A DNA stretch of 64,000 nt from Candidatus Omnitrophota bacterium (GCA_003598025.1 QZKH01000003.1:439221-503220); one strand, 5' to 3'. Positions 39,479 through 51,950 are shown, numbered from the stretch's first letter. Numbers and translations: made by a program. The notes: a model not told the origin generated them from the sequence alone.

Positions 39479-39560
39479 AAAAAAGAGCTGCCCCCGCTTT
39501 TGGGGGCAGCTCTATGGTCAGTGACAGAAACGGTCCGTGGTCAGCAGGAGAAACGGACCT
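39479..39560 (-). terminator. mosaic palindromic element, copy B, which also acts as the intrinsic terminator of hppA
   Basis: In minus sense, directly after the hppA stop: ...GAGCTGCCCCCAAAAGCGGGGGCAGCTC followed by TTTTTT. It shares CACTGACCATAG (inverted), GAGAAACGGACCT and a G5/C5 hairpin with copy A. Confidence 0.7.
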
Positions 39561-39563
39561 GGA

Positions 39564-41666
39564 TTATTTGAATAAGGTGTTTGTCATTACAAATGACGCA
39601 AAAACGATTGATACCATTGACATAAGCTTAATCAGAATGTTTAAGCTTGGGCCGGAGGTGTCTTTGAAAGGATCGCCCACCGTATCGCCTACTACCCCTG
39701 CTTTATGGGCAAATGAACCTTTTCCACCGTGATGCCCTTCTTCTATGTATTTCTTGGCATTATCCCATGCTCCGCCTGAATTTGCCATCATGACTGCAAG
39801 CACAAACCCGGAAATTAACGCACCAGTCAACAACCCTGCTTCAGCTTCTATGCCGATAAGTAAACCTACGACTATTGGCGCGGCTATTGCCAATAAAGAA
39901 GGTGCTATCATTTCCTTCTGCGCTGCTGAAGTGGCAATGGTTACACAGCGTGCGTAATCAGGCTTTGCCGTACCTTCCATGATACCTTTGATCTCCTTAA
40001 ACTGCCTTCTTACTTCAACTACAATCTTACCTGCTGCACGACCTACTGCGCGCATGGTCATAGCGCAGAACAAAAATGGCAGCATTCCGCCGATAAACAA
40101 ACCCACCAAAACTGCAGGGTTCATTAAGCTCAAATTGAGTTCTTTGCCAAAAAGCATTATCTGCTCACGGTATGCGGCAATCAAAGCAAGCGCGGTCAGC
40201 GCTGCCGAACCTATAGCAAAACCTTTTCCAGTAGCTGCAGTAGTATTGCCAAGTTGATCAAGCGCATCGGTCCTCTTCCTTACTTCCGGAGGAAGGTGCG
40301 ACATCTCGGCATTACCGCCGGCATTATCTGCAACAGGGCCGTATGCATCGGTCGCCAAAGTAATGCCTAAAGTTGAAAGCATGCCTACAGCGGATATACC
40401 TACGCCGTAAAGCCCGGCATTGAAATTTGTTGCGCCTCCAGATAAAAAGAAACTTGCAAGTATAGCTGCGCCAACAACGATCACCGGTATTGCGGTTGAC
40501 ATCATACCTACAGCTAAACCTCCTATAATAACGGTCGCAGGCCCGGTTAAGGCTGCATCTGCAATTGAGCGCGTAGGCTTAAAACTATTCGATGTATAAT
40601 ACTCGGTAGCTAATCCAATCAACACTCCGGCAACCAGCCCCGATATTACTGCCCAGTAAACACCCATAAACTCTGCGCCAAGTGTACTTTTCACAAGGAA
40701 ATAGGATATTATCGCAACTAAAAATGCGCTGGCAAATACGCCTTTCCTTAAAGCAGCAAGTAAAACGTTTTGTTTTGCTTCTTCGCTGCTTCTTACAAAA
40801 AAAGTACCTATAATAGAACAAATGACTCCGACAGCAGCCATAACCATAGGCACAGTAACTCCGGCAATACCCAAACCAGCCGCAACACCCAAAGAAGAGG
40901 TTGCAACAATCGAGCCTACATATGACTCATACAAATCTGCTCCCATTCCTGCCACATCGCCTACGTTATCACCGACATTATCTGCGATTACCGCAGGATT
41001 ACGCGGGTCATCCTCAGGTATGCCTGCTTCGACTTTACCTACCAGGTCTGCTCCGACATCGGCTGCCTTAGTAAATATACCTCCTCCTACCCTGGCAAAC
41101 AAAGCCTGAGAACTTGCGCCCATACCGAAACAAAGCATTGTTGAAGTTATAGCAGTTATCTTATCCATGTTTGCCGGAAGCGCATGCCCTGAATAATACC
41201 AATCAAGGAAATAATACCAGATACTTAAATCTAATAAACCTAGACCGACTACTACCATTCCCATGACCGTCCCGCTTGAAAAAGCAACACGTAAACCGGA
41301 ATTCAAGCTTTTCATGGCTGCGGCTGTAGTACGGTTGGAAGCCTGAGTCGCTATCTTCATCCCGAAAAACCCGGATAACCCTGAGAATAAACCTCCGGTT
41401 AAAAACGCAAAAGGGACAAAGATTACCAATTGATTCTTAGAAGCCAAAAAGAGCAATATGAAGAATACGACGATAAAATATGCGGCAACTCCGATATATT
41501 GCCTTTTTAAGTAAGCATCTGCTCCGACCCTTACTGCGCGGGCAATCTCTTTCATCGTATCATTACCCTGGTCCTTACGAAGAATAGAAAAAGCCAGATA
41601 TGCGGCAAACATAAGAGCCACAATAGAGCCTACAGGCGCCAATATTAACAAATTAAATCCTGCCAT
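39564..41666 (-). CDS. hppA: membrane-bound K+-stimulated H+/Na+-translocating pyrophosphatase
   Basis: 700 aa. [19 protein letters not shown] and DNVGDNVGD pyrophosphatase motifs. Confidence 0.9.
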   Translation of the reverse strand: MAGFNLLILAPVGSIVALMFAAYLAFSILRKDQGNDTMKEIARAVRVGADAYLKRQYIGVAAYFIVVFFILLFLASKNQLVIFVPFAFLTGGLFSGLSGFFGMKIATQASNRTTAAAMKSLNSGLRVAFSSGTVMGMVVVGLGLLDLSIWYYFLDWYYSGHALPANMDKITAITSTMLCFGMGASSQALFARVGGGIFTKAADVGADLVGKVEAGIPEDDPRNPAVIADNVGDNVGDVAGMGADLYESYVGSIVATSSLGVAAGLGIAGVTVPMVMAAVGVICSIIGTFFVRSSEEAKQNVLLAALRKGVFASAFLVAIISYFLVKSTLGAEFMGVYWAVISGLVAGVLIGLATEYYTSNSFKPTRSIADAALTGPATVIIGGLAVGMMSTAIPVIVVGAAILASFFLSGGATNFNAGLYGVGISAVGMLSTLGITLATDAYGPVADNAGGNAEMSHLPPEVRKRTDALDQLGNTTAATGKGFAIGSAALTALALIAAYREQIMLFGKELNLSLMNPAVLVGLFIGGMLPFLFCAMTMRAVGRAAGKIVVEVRRQFKEIKGIMEGTAKPDYARCVTIATSAAQKEMIAPSLLAIAAPIVVGLLIGIEAEAGLLTGALISGFVLAVMMANSGGAWDNAKKYIEEGHHGGKGSFAHKAGVVGDTVGDPFKDTSGPSLNILIKLMSMVSIVFASFVMTNTLFK

Positions 41667-41754
41667 CTAACTCCTCCTTAATGTGATTTATATTGTTTGG
41701 GGGTTGTTTTGGTACTTAAGTGCGTTATAGTAACACAAAATCCGGTAAAGTCAA

Positions 41755-42018
41755 CTATTTTAGCTTATCTTTGTCATGAACCACTTCTGCCTCAATATCA
41801 ATAATGTCCTTACTCTTACTCCCGGCAGCGCCATAGCCTGATGAAGAAACAAATTTCTTAGCAAGCAATACTGAATTAAGAATAAACAACGTTACTAATA
41901 TTAACTCTGCCGCCAGCCAATAAAAGAAACCAAGGAATATCCACCCGAAAAGAAAATTAAAAAATATAAGAAACGGTAGAAAACATCCTGTACGGCTGAA
42001 AAATACGATACTTTTCAT
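41755..42018 (-). CDS. small membrane protein, hypothetical
   Basis: 87 aa with two TM helices. Confidence 0.35.
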   Translation of the reverse strand: MKSIVFFSRTGCFLPFLIFFNFLFGWIFLGFFYWLAAELILVTLFILNSVLLAKKFVSSSGYGAAGSKSKDIIDIEAEVVHDKDKLK

Positions 42019-42028
42019 TTCTTATAGT

Positions 42029-42553
42029 TTACTTCCTCTGGTAAATACCGACAAGCACTGCCTGCGCAAGTATATGCCCTTTCATTTCTCTTTCCAAACT
42101 TTTTTTATCAAGGTTATCAACGCCTATAACCTTATCTAAAGCAAAAAGCTTAAAAAAATACCTGTGCGCACCGCTTGGAGGGCACGGGCCATTATATCGA
42201 AGCTCACCGGAATCATTCGGCCCCTGCCTGCCCGGAGAACTATTTTCCTCTATGCTTTCTCTTGGCGGCACATCATACAAAACCCAATGCACCCATTCTC
42301 CGGATGGCGCGTCGGGGTCATCAACTATCAAAGCTAAACTTTTTGTTCCGCCAGGCAAAGCATCGATCATCAATGCCGGGTTAACGTCCTCTCCTTGACA
42401 GGTGAATTTTACAGGTATCTTACCGTTATTTACAAAATCAGGGCTGGTTATTTTCATATCAGAAGCTCCTTCCTGCGCTTCAGTGCCATTAAACAAAAAG
42501 ATAATAGCCAACAATAAGCAAATAAGCAGCTTTCCCATATATATATTTCTCAT
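42029..42553 (-). CDS. YbhB/YbcL-family PEBP (Raf-kinase-inhibitor-like) protein, secreted
   Basis: GAHRYFFKLFALD PEBP signature. Start trimmed to MRNIY to clear the upstream gene. Confidence 0.8.
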   Translation of the reverse strand: MRNIYMGKLLICLLLAIIFLFNGTEAQEGASDMKITSPDFVNNGKIPVKFTCQGEDVNPALMIDALPGGTKSLALIVDDPDAPSGEWVHWVLYDVPPRESIEENSSPGRQGPNDSGELRYNGPCPPSGAHRYFFKLFALDKVIGVDNLDKKSLEREMKGHILAQAVLVGIYQRK

Positions 42554-42557
42554 ATAG

Positions 42558-44408
42558 CTAAGGCTTCTCTCTCCTGCGCTCTGAAAGCAAAACAACATTC
42601 TTGAGGTCTTCCTTGTTGGGGGCTTCCAGCCACTTCTTATCGAAATCTATATTCTGTGTAATCTGCGCGATAGCCGCCAGAGATTTCAAATGAAGATTCC
42701 GCTCATCAGCAGAACCAACTAATACAAATACTATATGTACCAGGTTATCCATCGGGAAAATCACTCCCGCTCTGGAACGTGCCAGTACTATCTTAAAAAT
42801 ATTCTTTCCTTCGATTATTACGTGCGGTATAGCTAAGCCTTTTCTTAAAACAGTGCTTGTCTCATTTTCTCTCTGAATAAATTTCTCATAAAGCTCTCTT
42901 TCAGGCACCCCCAACTCACCGCTAAGCTTCTTTGAAACCTCTGCAAAAAAATCATTCATTTCAATTGGCTTATCAAAATCTAAGACATCCGACTGATCAA
43001 CCAACTTATGAAATTTATCTTCAACTATTTCATCCCTCTGGACTACGATATCCTTAAGTTCAATAAGCAGGTTATCCGAAGACAAGACCTTATCTTTTGC
43101 CACCATCCTCTCCAGCATATAAATCAAGGCTGAATCCTTACTGACTTTTTTATAAACATATAACCTATACCAGGCATAACCGCCGAGCAGAAAAACTACT
43201 GTAAATAAGATTATAGGCCTGCCCATTTCCACAAGAAGGAACAACCCCGAAAGTATCCCGGCAATCTGAAGATAAGGATAAAATGGGGTTATGAATTTTG
43301 GCCTATAGCTCAATATTTTGCTCTCTCTGAACAATATCAAAGTAAGGTTAGCGAAGACATAAAGCAAGATCAGTATGCTTGAGGCTACCTTTACTAGAAA
43401 ATCGAGTTTAAGAAATAATATTACCCCGACCATAAATATCCCGGTAAATACTACCGATATGTAAGGCGTCTTAAACCTGCTCATCCTCTGAAAAACATTC
43501 GGTAGCAGCCTGTCCCTGCTCATGCTCAATGGGTATCTGGAAGCAGTCATTATCCCGGAATTGGCAGTAGAAATAAAAGCCAGAAAAGCCCCGATGCTTA
43601 TTATAATTTTAAGTACGTTCCCGCCGAAAACACCTGCTGCCTCAGAGATCGGGATCAATGTCCCTCTTAAAACATCGGCATCCATCACGCCTACAGTAAC
43701 AAAAATAACCGAAGAATAAATTAATGAGGTGACTGCCAAAGAAAGCAACATCCCTAATGGAAGATTACGGCTCGGGTTTCGAGTCTCTTCAGCCAAAGCT
43801 GCGACCTTAGTTAAGCCTCCGTAAGAAATAAAAACAAAACTTGCGGTTTTGATAACCGCACCTAAACCTTTATCCATAAATGGCGTAAAATTTAGAAGGC
43901 TTACCCGCGTTAAACCCCATACGGAAAAAGTTACAAGAGAAATCAGTAATCCGGTAACTAGTATTACCTGGGTCCGTCCGGCTTCTTTAATCCCGATAAG
44001 ATTTACAAAAACAAAAAATGCGCAACAAACCAAAGCTATGTTGGTAACAGAAAGACTTGTCAGCAGAACCAGATAAGCTCCCATACCGATTAAGGCAAAG
44101 GCTCCTTTAAGGCTTAAAGAAAACCAAGTGCTAAAACCTGCTATCGTGCCTAAGAGCGGGCCAAATCCTCTCATGATATAAAAATAATCCCCTCCCGCCT
44201 TTGGCATGGCGGTAGTAAGTTCCGCCATGCTGAAAAGCGCAGGCAAACAAAAAATACCAGCAATAATATAGGACAGGATAACTGCTGGACCGGCTTTATC
44301 AAATGCCAAACCGGGTAATATAAACAATCCCGAGCTTATCATTGCTCCGGTAGCAACACAAAAAACATCAAGAAGCCCTAAATCTTTTTTTAAATAGCTT
44401 TTCTTCAT
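42558..44408 (-). CDS. APC-family amino-acid permease fused to a C-terminal PTS-EIIA(Ntr)-like regulatory domain
   Basis: 12 TM helices with an APC-type N-terminus (LGLLDVFCVATGAMISSGLF). The C-terminal roughly 150 aa have an EIIA-2-like fold signature with IPH. Start set at MKKSYL. Confidence 0.7.
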   Translation of the reverse strand: MKKSYLKKDLGLLDVFCVATGAMISSGLFILPGLAFDKAGPAVILSYIIAGIFCLPALFSMAELTTAMPKAGGDYFYIMRGFGPLLGTIAGFSTWFSLSLKGAFALIGMGAYLVLLTSLSVTNIALVCCAFFVFVNLIGIKEAGRTQVILVTGLLISLVTFSVWGLTRVSLLNFTPFMDKGLGAVIKTASFVFISYGGLTKVAALAEETRNPSRNLPLGMLLSLAVTSLIYSSVIFVTVGVMDADVLRGTLIPISEAAGVFGGNVLKIIISIGAFLAFISTANSGIMTASRYPLSMSRDRLLPNVFQRMSRFKTPYISVVFTGIFMVGVILFLKLDFLVKVASSILILLYVFANLTLILFRESKILSYRPKFITPFYPYLQIAGILSGLFLLVEMGRPIILFTVVFLLGGYAWYRLYVYKKVSKDSALIYMLERMVAKDKVLSSDNLLIELKDIVVQRDEIVEDKFHKLVDQSDVLDFDKPIEMNDFFAEVSKKLSGELGVPERELYEKFIQRENETSTVLRKGLAIPHVIIEGKNIFKIVLARSRAGVIFPMDNLVHIVFVLVGSADERNLHLKSLAAIAQITQNIDFDKKWLEAPNKEDLKNVVLLSERRREKP

Positions 44409-44409
44409 C

Positions 44410-44889
44410 CTAATAAATCCTGCTCCCGGGCAATATAACCCATTCTTTAAAAAGCTCAAGGCACTCTTCATACAAGAAACTACTTACGATATCTATCTTG
44501 CTTGAACCCAACCGCTTCATCGATAGGCTGCTGATTTTTAATTCGTTAAATCCCACTTTAATTGCGTCTTTAATACCGGTCCCAAAAACTATTTTGTTTA
44601 TCCTGGCCCAGTGTATTGCGCTAAAACACATCGGACAAGGCTCGGTAGTAGAATAAATTACGCAACCTTTTAAATCATAGCTGCCTATTTTAGACGAAGC
44701 CTCTCTAATTGCGTTTATCTCGGCATGGCAAGTGGCATCATTCTTTAAAACAGTATTATTAGCTGCTGCCAGGACCATTTTGCCTTTCACTATACAGGCT
44801 CCGAAAGGCCCGCCGTTTAAACTCTTCAAATTCTTTTTTGCTTCGGCGATTGCGATTCTCATGTATCTCTTATCCGGATTATATCTCAT
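44410..44889 (-). CDS. CDA-fold nucleoside/tRNA adenosine deaminase
   Basis: CHAEINAI and PCPMC zinc-binding motifs. Confidence 0.8.
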   Translation of the reverse strand: MRYNPDKRYMRIAIAEAKKNLKSLNGGPFGACIVKGKMVLAAANNTVLKNDATCHAEINAIREASSKIGSYDLKGCVIYSTTEPCPMCFSAIHWARINKIVFGTGIKDAIKVGFNELKISSLSMKRLGSSKIDIVSSFLYEECLELFKEWVILPGSRIY

Positions 44890-45644
44890 TCTTTAATAAA
44901 CCTCTTGGGGTCTTTAGCGCATGCCAGCAATAACGGCAATTCAAGATTATGCGCAAGCAACAATTTTTCATCCCTCAATATCTCCAATACCTGACCCACC
45001 TTAATGATCTGCCCCTTATCTATTAAAGCTACCCGGCTGCAGACCTCAAGGACCAGGTCTAGGTCATGAGTTGCGATTATCTTAGTGAGAGCAAAATTCT
45101 TAAGCATATTCATAAGGTCCCTTCTGTGCTTGGGGTCCAGGTTACTGGATGGCTCATCTAAAACAAGTATTTTTGGGGACATGGAAAGAACTGTTGCGAT
45201 TGAAATCCTTTTCTTCTCTCCATAGCTTAAGTGGTGCGAGACCCTTTGGAGAGCATCCTTCATATCTACTTTGCTCAAGGCTGAATCAACTGTATCCCTT
45301 ACATCTTCCTTTTTCATACCCATATTTAAAGGCCCGAAGGCCACATCCTCATACACCGTCGGCATAAACAGCTGGCTATCCGGATCCTGGAAAACAAAAC
45401 CAACGGTTTTCCTTATTTCTCTGAGATTAAGGTCATCCATAGCCAAGCCATTGATTCTCATATGCCCCTTTCCTCTGATTATCCCGTTAAAATGCAGGAG
45501 AAGCGTAGATTTACCGGCGCCATTCGGCCCGATGATACCCAATGTTTCTCCTTCAAAAATATCCAGATTTATGCCCCTTAGCGCCTGGTGCCCATCGGGA
45601 TATTTAAAACTTAAATCTTTGATTTCAATTGCTTTAGAAGGCAT
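44886..45644 (-). CDS. cbiO: ECF transporter ATPase (cobalt/nickel ABC ATP-binding protein)
   Basis: GPNGAGKST Walker A, LSYGEKKR signature, and DEP Walker B. Confidence 0.85.
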   Translation of the reverse strand: MPSKAIEIKDLSFKYPDGHQALRGINLDIFEGETLGIIGPNGAGKSTLLLHFNGIIRGKGHMRINGLAMDDLNLREIRKTVGFVFQDPDSQLFMPTVYEDVAFGPLNMGMKKEDVRDTVDSALSKVDMKDALQRVSHHLSYGEKKRISIATVLSMSPKILVLDEPSSNLDPKHRRDLMNMLKNFALTKIIATHDLDLVLEVCSRVALIDKGQIIKVGQVLEILRDEKLLLAHNLELPLLLACAKDPKRFIKE

Positions 45645-45647
45645 CTG

Positions 45648-46418
45648 TCACCTGATAAATTTTATAATTATGAATGTTATAATTAATATAGCCATGAAAA
45701 ATATATCCCTGCCCCTGAATTTCAGCTCCGTAAAAATATTAACTTGGCCCTCAAAACCTCTTGAAAGCATCGCCAGATAAACAGCCTCTGCCCGTTCATA
45801 AGACTTAATAAACAAAACGCCGATTATATTAGAAAAAATTTTAATATCCGACAACCTGAAACCCGTTACCGAGCGAGCCTCCTTGGACCTTACTATCTTT
45901 AGCAGCTCATCATAGATCACAAATATATAACGGTACATGAACGAAAGTATCAATATTATCACCCTGGGAAATTTCATCTTTTCAAGGCCTTTTAACAACT
46001 CGGTGAACCTCGTCGTAGCGATCAGCAAAATCAGGCATAATGTAGATAAATACGCCTTTATGCTTATATTCCAGAAAATCAACAAACCCTGACGGGTGAG
46101 CTCCGCATTAAAATAACCCAGCGAATAACTGCCGATTACCTCTCCCTCTTTTATAAAAGGAATAAATATTGCCGCGACTAAAACAAAGGGAATGACTACA
46201 AGCGACCTTTTTATTACTTTTAATAAAGGGATCCTGCAGAGCAGTATCTGAATAAATATTACGGCAGCATAAAGAAAGAAATTTTTATAAGCATTTGCCG
46301 GGCTGAGTATAATAAAAAGCAATAGAGTAAATAATGTGATTATCTTTGTGCGCGGGTCGAGGCGATGTAAAAAGCTGTCCCGGGAACCTGCGAATTCATC
46401 TATGTAGGAATGTTCCAT
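45648..46418 (-). CDS. cbiQ: ECF transporter T component
   Basis: 256-aa polytopic protein with a family-typical N-terminus (LDPRTKI), placed between cbiO and cbiM. Confidence 0.75.
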   Translation of the reverse strand: MEHSYIDEFAGSRDSFLHRLDPRTKIITLFTLLLFIILSPANAYKNFFLYAAVIFIQILLCRIPLLKVIKRSLVVIPFVLVAAIFIPFIKEGEVIGSYSLGYFNAELTRQGLLIFWNISIKAYLSTLCLILLIATTRFTELLKGLEKMKFPRVIILILSFMYRYIFVIYDELLKIVRSKEARSVTGFRLSDIKIFSNIIGVLFIKSYERAEAVYLAMLSRGFEGQVNIFTELKFRGRDIFFMAILIITFIIIKFIR

Positions 46419-46707
46419 TCTTACCCCTGCGTTTCAATAATAACCCTAATCCGTAACCAAGGCCGAATACAACCAAAGTGCCAAGGATACCGGCAAGAGA
46501 AGCAGAAAATTTTTCATTTTCAATATGCGGCAATGTATAATCAGGCATTGGAGAAGAAACTACCTGCCTGGCTTCGCCTTTTTCAATGAATCCCCGGTCA
46601 ATAGCCACCCTTTCAAGCCCATCAGGGCTGGAAGATGCAAAAAGAGCTATAGCGCCTGCTGTGATAACTGCAATTAAAAGAGAGATCAATATATCCTTTT
46701 TCCCCAT
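46396..46707 (-). CDS. PDGLE-domain accessory protein of the cobalt/nickel ECF transporter (CbiN-like role)
   Basis: SSSPDGLERVA motif, two TM helices, 103 aa. Confidence 0.6.
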   Translation of the reverse strand: MGKKDILISLLIAVITAGAIALFASSSPDGLERVAIDRGFIEKGEARQVVSSPMPDYTLPHIENEKFSASLAGILGTLVVFGLGYGLGLLLKRRGKNGTFLHR

Positions 46708-46719
46708 CTTATTATTTTA

Positions 46720-47349
46720 TTATTTGCCGTAAATTAAATCCGGCCTTACTTTAATAACAAAACCGACCACAAAACATGTTATCATCGCTTCGCCAATACC
46801 GATAAGCATATGTATGCTGAGCATCGCCGGTAAAACAACATTTAAAGGAGAAATTTCTGACAGGACAAGCTCAAAAGAGCAAAAAAGAGAAGCCAGGACG
46901 ACTGAAAACCAGGAAGCTATCGCAGTTGCCGGCATGATCGGCCCATGTTTACCGGATATTTTTCGTACTCCTAAATATACCAAATATCCGCCCATGGTGC
47001 CGACAATAGACATATTAAATATATTGGCTCCCAGAGCAGTCAGGCCCCCATCCTGGAATATTATGCATTGCACCAATAAAACAACGCTTATGACCACGGC
47101 AGCTACATAAGGCCCGACTAAAATAGCCGCAAGTATACCTCCCAGCAAATGCCCCGAGGTCCCGCCTACAACAGGAAAATTAACCATCTGCGCGGCAAAA
47201 ACAAAAGCACTGATGACCCCCATAAGAGGGACCATCCTGTCTTTTAAAACCTGGGATGTTTTTCTCAGGCAATAGCTAATCCCGCCGGCAGAAACCAGCC
47301 ACGCCGCCCCCCAAACATTAAAAGTTAAGAATCCATCCGGAATGTGCAT
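46720..47349 (-). CDS. cbiM: cobalt/nickel ECF transporter substrate-specific component
   Basis: MHIPDGFL N-terminus, diagnostic of CbiM/NikM. Confidence 0.85.
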   Translation of the reverse strand: MHIPDGFLTFNVWGAAWLVSAGGISYCLRKTSQVLKDRMVPLMGVISAFVFAAQMVNFPVVGGTSGHLLGGILAAILVGPYVAAVVISVVLLVQCIIFQDGGLTALGANIFNMSIVGTMGGYLVYLGVRKISGKHGPIMPATAIASWFSVVLASLFCSFELVLSEISPLNVVLPAMLSIHMLIGIGEAMITCFVVGFVIKVRPDLIYGK

Positions 47350-47371
47350 AATTATTACAGCTAGAGGACAA

Positions 47372-49372
47372 TCATTTTATTTTCCAAATCTTCTCTTTAT
47401 ACTGGTCAAGCATGCGGTAAGTATTAAAATACCCGCCGGTAGCCACACAATTAATCATAATATCTATCCATTCGGAATCTATATTCACACTCGTCCCTTT
47501 ATTGGTCTCATAATATAAACGTGCCATATCTTCCAGGGCCTTATGTAACTCCTTGGAATCCTGTTCAAGATGGAGCTCGCTCTCATTACCGATCTCACCT
47601 TCCTTATTACAGTATCCAAATATTCTACCTATATTGCTGTCTTTAGCTTCGACTATCCAGCCGTCAAGGGTGCTGATCTGGAGCACGGCGTTTAGAATCG
47701 CTTTCATACCGCTTGTCCCGGAGGCCTCAAACGGGGGCAAAGGATTATTTAACCATACATCAACGCTTGAAGTAAGCATATGCGCAAGGGCTATCTCATA
47801 ATTTTCAAGCATGATAATTTTTAAACTGCCGAATGAACCCGTAAGCCGGTCAATCTTATCAAGCATCGTATTAATATGGGTGAATCCAAGGTCGTCATTC
47901 GGATGAGCCTTGCCTGCGAAAATTATCTGTATGGGCCCCACTCTCTCTGATATCTCTATGAGCCTGTTAACATCTTCCAGTATCAGGCTGGGACGCTTAT
48001 ACCCTGCCATTCTTCTTGACCAGCATAATGTAAATATGTCCTTATCCAGCTTCCATTTGCTTAGCTTGTTCGATAATTCTATCTTATTATTCTGATGCGC
48101 GTTCCAAATACTGGCGCGAAACTCATTATCATCCCTTAACCGGTTAACCTTACTTAAGCTCATAGGGTCAGCTTCTATATCCCCAAGGACGGGCCTATAT
48201 TTCTCATAAAGTTCTTTGAAACGGCTAGAAATCCATGTATGTGAATGCACACCGTTAGTAACATAGTCAATCCTATCTTTATATTTAGGAAATTGGATAT
48301 GCATTACCTTCTGGTGGTTTAAAGATACGGCATTTATGGCTGAAGAAGCGTTCATTGATAACAAGGTAAGATTAATGACATTTTTTGATTCTAAGCCGAA
48401 TTCTTCTGTCAGTTCAAGGTCTTTCGGATTCAATACATTGCTTAAGTCATTGTGGCTGAACCTGTCATGCCCGGCCTCGACCGGCGTATGGCATGTATAA
48501 ACAAAATTCTTCCTTATATCCTGAACCTGTTCTTTCGGCAGGCCTCTGGCCTTTTCAATAAAAGAAAAAATCGCATGGCCTTCGTTAAGATGATAGATAT
48601 CTATATTATATTTTAATTCACGCAACGCAGAAACACCGCCCATGCCCAATATGACTCTCTGCATTATTTTAATCCATACATTATCGCTGCGGTAAAGCTG
48701 GTCAGTAAGGTGTCTGTCTTTTTCGCTATTCTCGCTTAGATTTGAATCCAATAATATCAGGGGTATCGCGTAATCATGCTTATAACTGTAAACATAATAT
48801 TTCCAAAGCCGCAAATATATATCTTCGTCTTTTAGGGAAATCTTTACCCTGTCTTTTAAAGGAATAAGCCCGGGATAAGTAGCATGGTCCCAATGCATCT
48901 CCTCCGGTACCTGGCCGTATTTAAACCAGAATCTCTGTTTAAAATACCCGGAGTTCCAGAGCATGCCGATGCCGGCAACAGGCAGCTTATAATCAGCCAT
49001 CGTTTTTATAGTATCGCCAGCAAGCACCCCTAAACCTCCGCTATATATAGGCATATCTATGATATCGCCGACCTTAAGAGTAAAAAAATAATCTCCCAGG
49101 CGGAAATTAGAGAAAACTTCATTCTCCTGGCTTTTATTTTTAATGTCTATCGGCCTGTTAATCGAAAACCGGTTGTAAAAACTGGATGCAAGGCCGTATT
49201 CCATTGAAAAATAAGCTATGCAGCGTGAATCCTGTGAACGCAGCCTCTTTTCGCATTCGATTATGCTCTCAAGCGGCATGCCGAAATAAACGTCATCGGT
49301 TATATCTTTACTGTAAACATCTTCGAAGTTATCTACATTAACCAAAGATAAAAACTCTGATAAAGGCCCCAT
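47372..49372 (-). CDS. alpha-glucan phosphorylase family protein (GT35-like)
   Basis: YFSMEYGL and YSGGLGVLAGD motifs, typical of the alpha-glucan phosphorylase family. Confidence 0.75.
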   Translation of the reverse strand: MGPLSEFLSLVNVDNFEDVYSKDITDDVYFGMPLESIIECEKRLRSQDSRCIAYFSMEYGLASSFYNRFSINRPIDIKNKSQENEVFSNFRLGDYFFTLKVGDIIDMPIYSGGLGVLAGDTIKTMADYKLPVAGIGMLWNSGYFKQRFWFKYGQVPEEMHWDHATYPGLIPLKDRVKISLKDEDIYLRLWKYYVYSYKHDYAIPLILLDSNLSENSEKDRHLTDQLYRSDNVWIKIMQRVILGMGGVSALRELKYNIDIYHLNEGHAIFSFIEKARGLPKEQVQDIRKNFVYTCHTPVEAGHDRFSHNDLSNVLNPKDLELTEEFGLESKNVINLTLLSMNASSAINAVSLNHQKVMHIQFPKYKDRIDYVTNGVHSHTWISSRFKELYEKYRPVLGDIEADPMSLSKVNRLRDDNEFRASIWNAHQNNKIELSNKLSKWKLDKDIFTLCWSRRMAGYKRPSLILEDVNRLIEISERVGPIQIIFAGKAHPNDDLGFTHINTMLDKIDRLTGSFGSLKIIMLENYEIALAHMLTSSVDVWLNNPLPPFEASGTSGMKAILNAVLQISTLDGWIVEAKDSNIGRIFGYCNKEGEIGNESELHLEQDSKELHKALEDMARLYYETNKGTSVNIDSEWIDIMINCVATGGYFNTYRMLDQYKEKIWKIK

Positions 49373-49445
49373 GTCTTCCTTTCTTTAAATAAAATTATGA
49401 ATGCCTCCGGCCTTGCGGGCATTCAGTTAAAATAATAGAATCTGA

Positions 49446-50138
49446 CTAAGCAGGGTGATGCTCATTACTTAGAATTGGGCTGGCATCCTGTTGAGAATAA
49501 CAGATAAGGATATCTCCGGAATTAATAACTGTTTCTCCGGTCAGTCCTCCGATGAATTTCTCTCTTCTGCCAATTTTGCGGTAAATACCTAAAACGAGCA
49601 CCCCAAGCTGTTCAAGGTGCAATTCGTTGAGTTTTTTATCAACGGCCCAGCTATTTTTTCTCACAATGACCCTAGATATGCAATAACCTTCACTAAGTCC
49701 TAAGAGCTGTTCATAATCAAAGATACGCATTGTTGTCCATTTCTTAAGAGCCTTACTTATAACCTTTCTCATTAAGACATATATGTGCCTTGACCGCGCA
49801 AATAAAAATATAAGTAATAGCCCCAATAAAAGAATAATGCCTTTTATGGCAAAATCCGTGCCATTTTTGTCCATAAAAGTAAGGACTAGCGTAGCCATTG
49901 ACGTTGTGATACCCGCACTGCCAAAAAGTATAAGCAAGCGTATTATCCTGCGCCGCACTGGATGGGCGACTATAGCCTCTGACTCTGAAGTAGTAAAACC
50001 GGCACCTGAAAAAGCAGATTGCGCCTGAAAGGATGCTATTTCAGGGGATAGCCAAGTGAGCTCAAGTGCAATCGCTCCAATTCTAACGCCGATCAAAGAC
50101 AGTGTTATAATTATAAGAAGGCCAATCAGAGCAAACAT
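49446..50138 (-). CDS. membrane protein with a C-terminal TrkA-C/RCK_C-like domain
   Basis: Four TM helices, then a soluble domain ending ...GETVINSGDILICYSQ. Confidence 0.5.
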   Translation of the reverse strand: MFALIGLLIIITLSLIGVRIGAIALELTWLSPEIASFQAQSAFSGAGFTTSESEAIVAHPVRRRIIRLLILFGSAGITTSMATLVLTFMDKNGTDFAIKGIILLLGLLLIFLFARSRHIYVLMRKVISKALKKWTTMRIFDYEQLLGLSEGYCISRVIVRKNSWAVDKKLNELHLEQLGVLVLGIYRKIGRREKFIGGLTGETVINSGDILICYSQQDASPILSNEHHPA

Positions 50139-50197
50139 TCTAACCTCCCGTATATCAATATACTTTTATTTTTGGTCTTTTTTAATCGCATATAATA

Positions 50198-51871
<1,674 letters not shown>

Positions 51872-51950
51872 TTAATCTGGCTGCGTAATCTTAAAAGTTA
51901 ATTCTATTAGGTTACATTTTACATTCACTGTATTCTTAAAGCAAGAAAAT

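Noticed and set aside
38818-39480. Extended N-terminus (MYEGIGLLCFWLGCSIINY) of the ECF sigma factor
   Set aside because: It depends on a TTG start that overlaps the terminator A-tract of the upstream repeat. The internal ATG (MNDLEF) gives a standard sigma-70 region 2 start with a TATAAT box upstream.
47350-47371. Cobalamin or NikR-type riboswitch/operator upstream of cbiM
   Set aside because: Only 22 nt separate cbiM from the upstream phosphorylase gene, so there is no room for a riboswitch. The gap upstream of that gene (49373..49445) contains only a terminator-like hairpin for the preceding gene.
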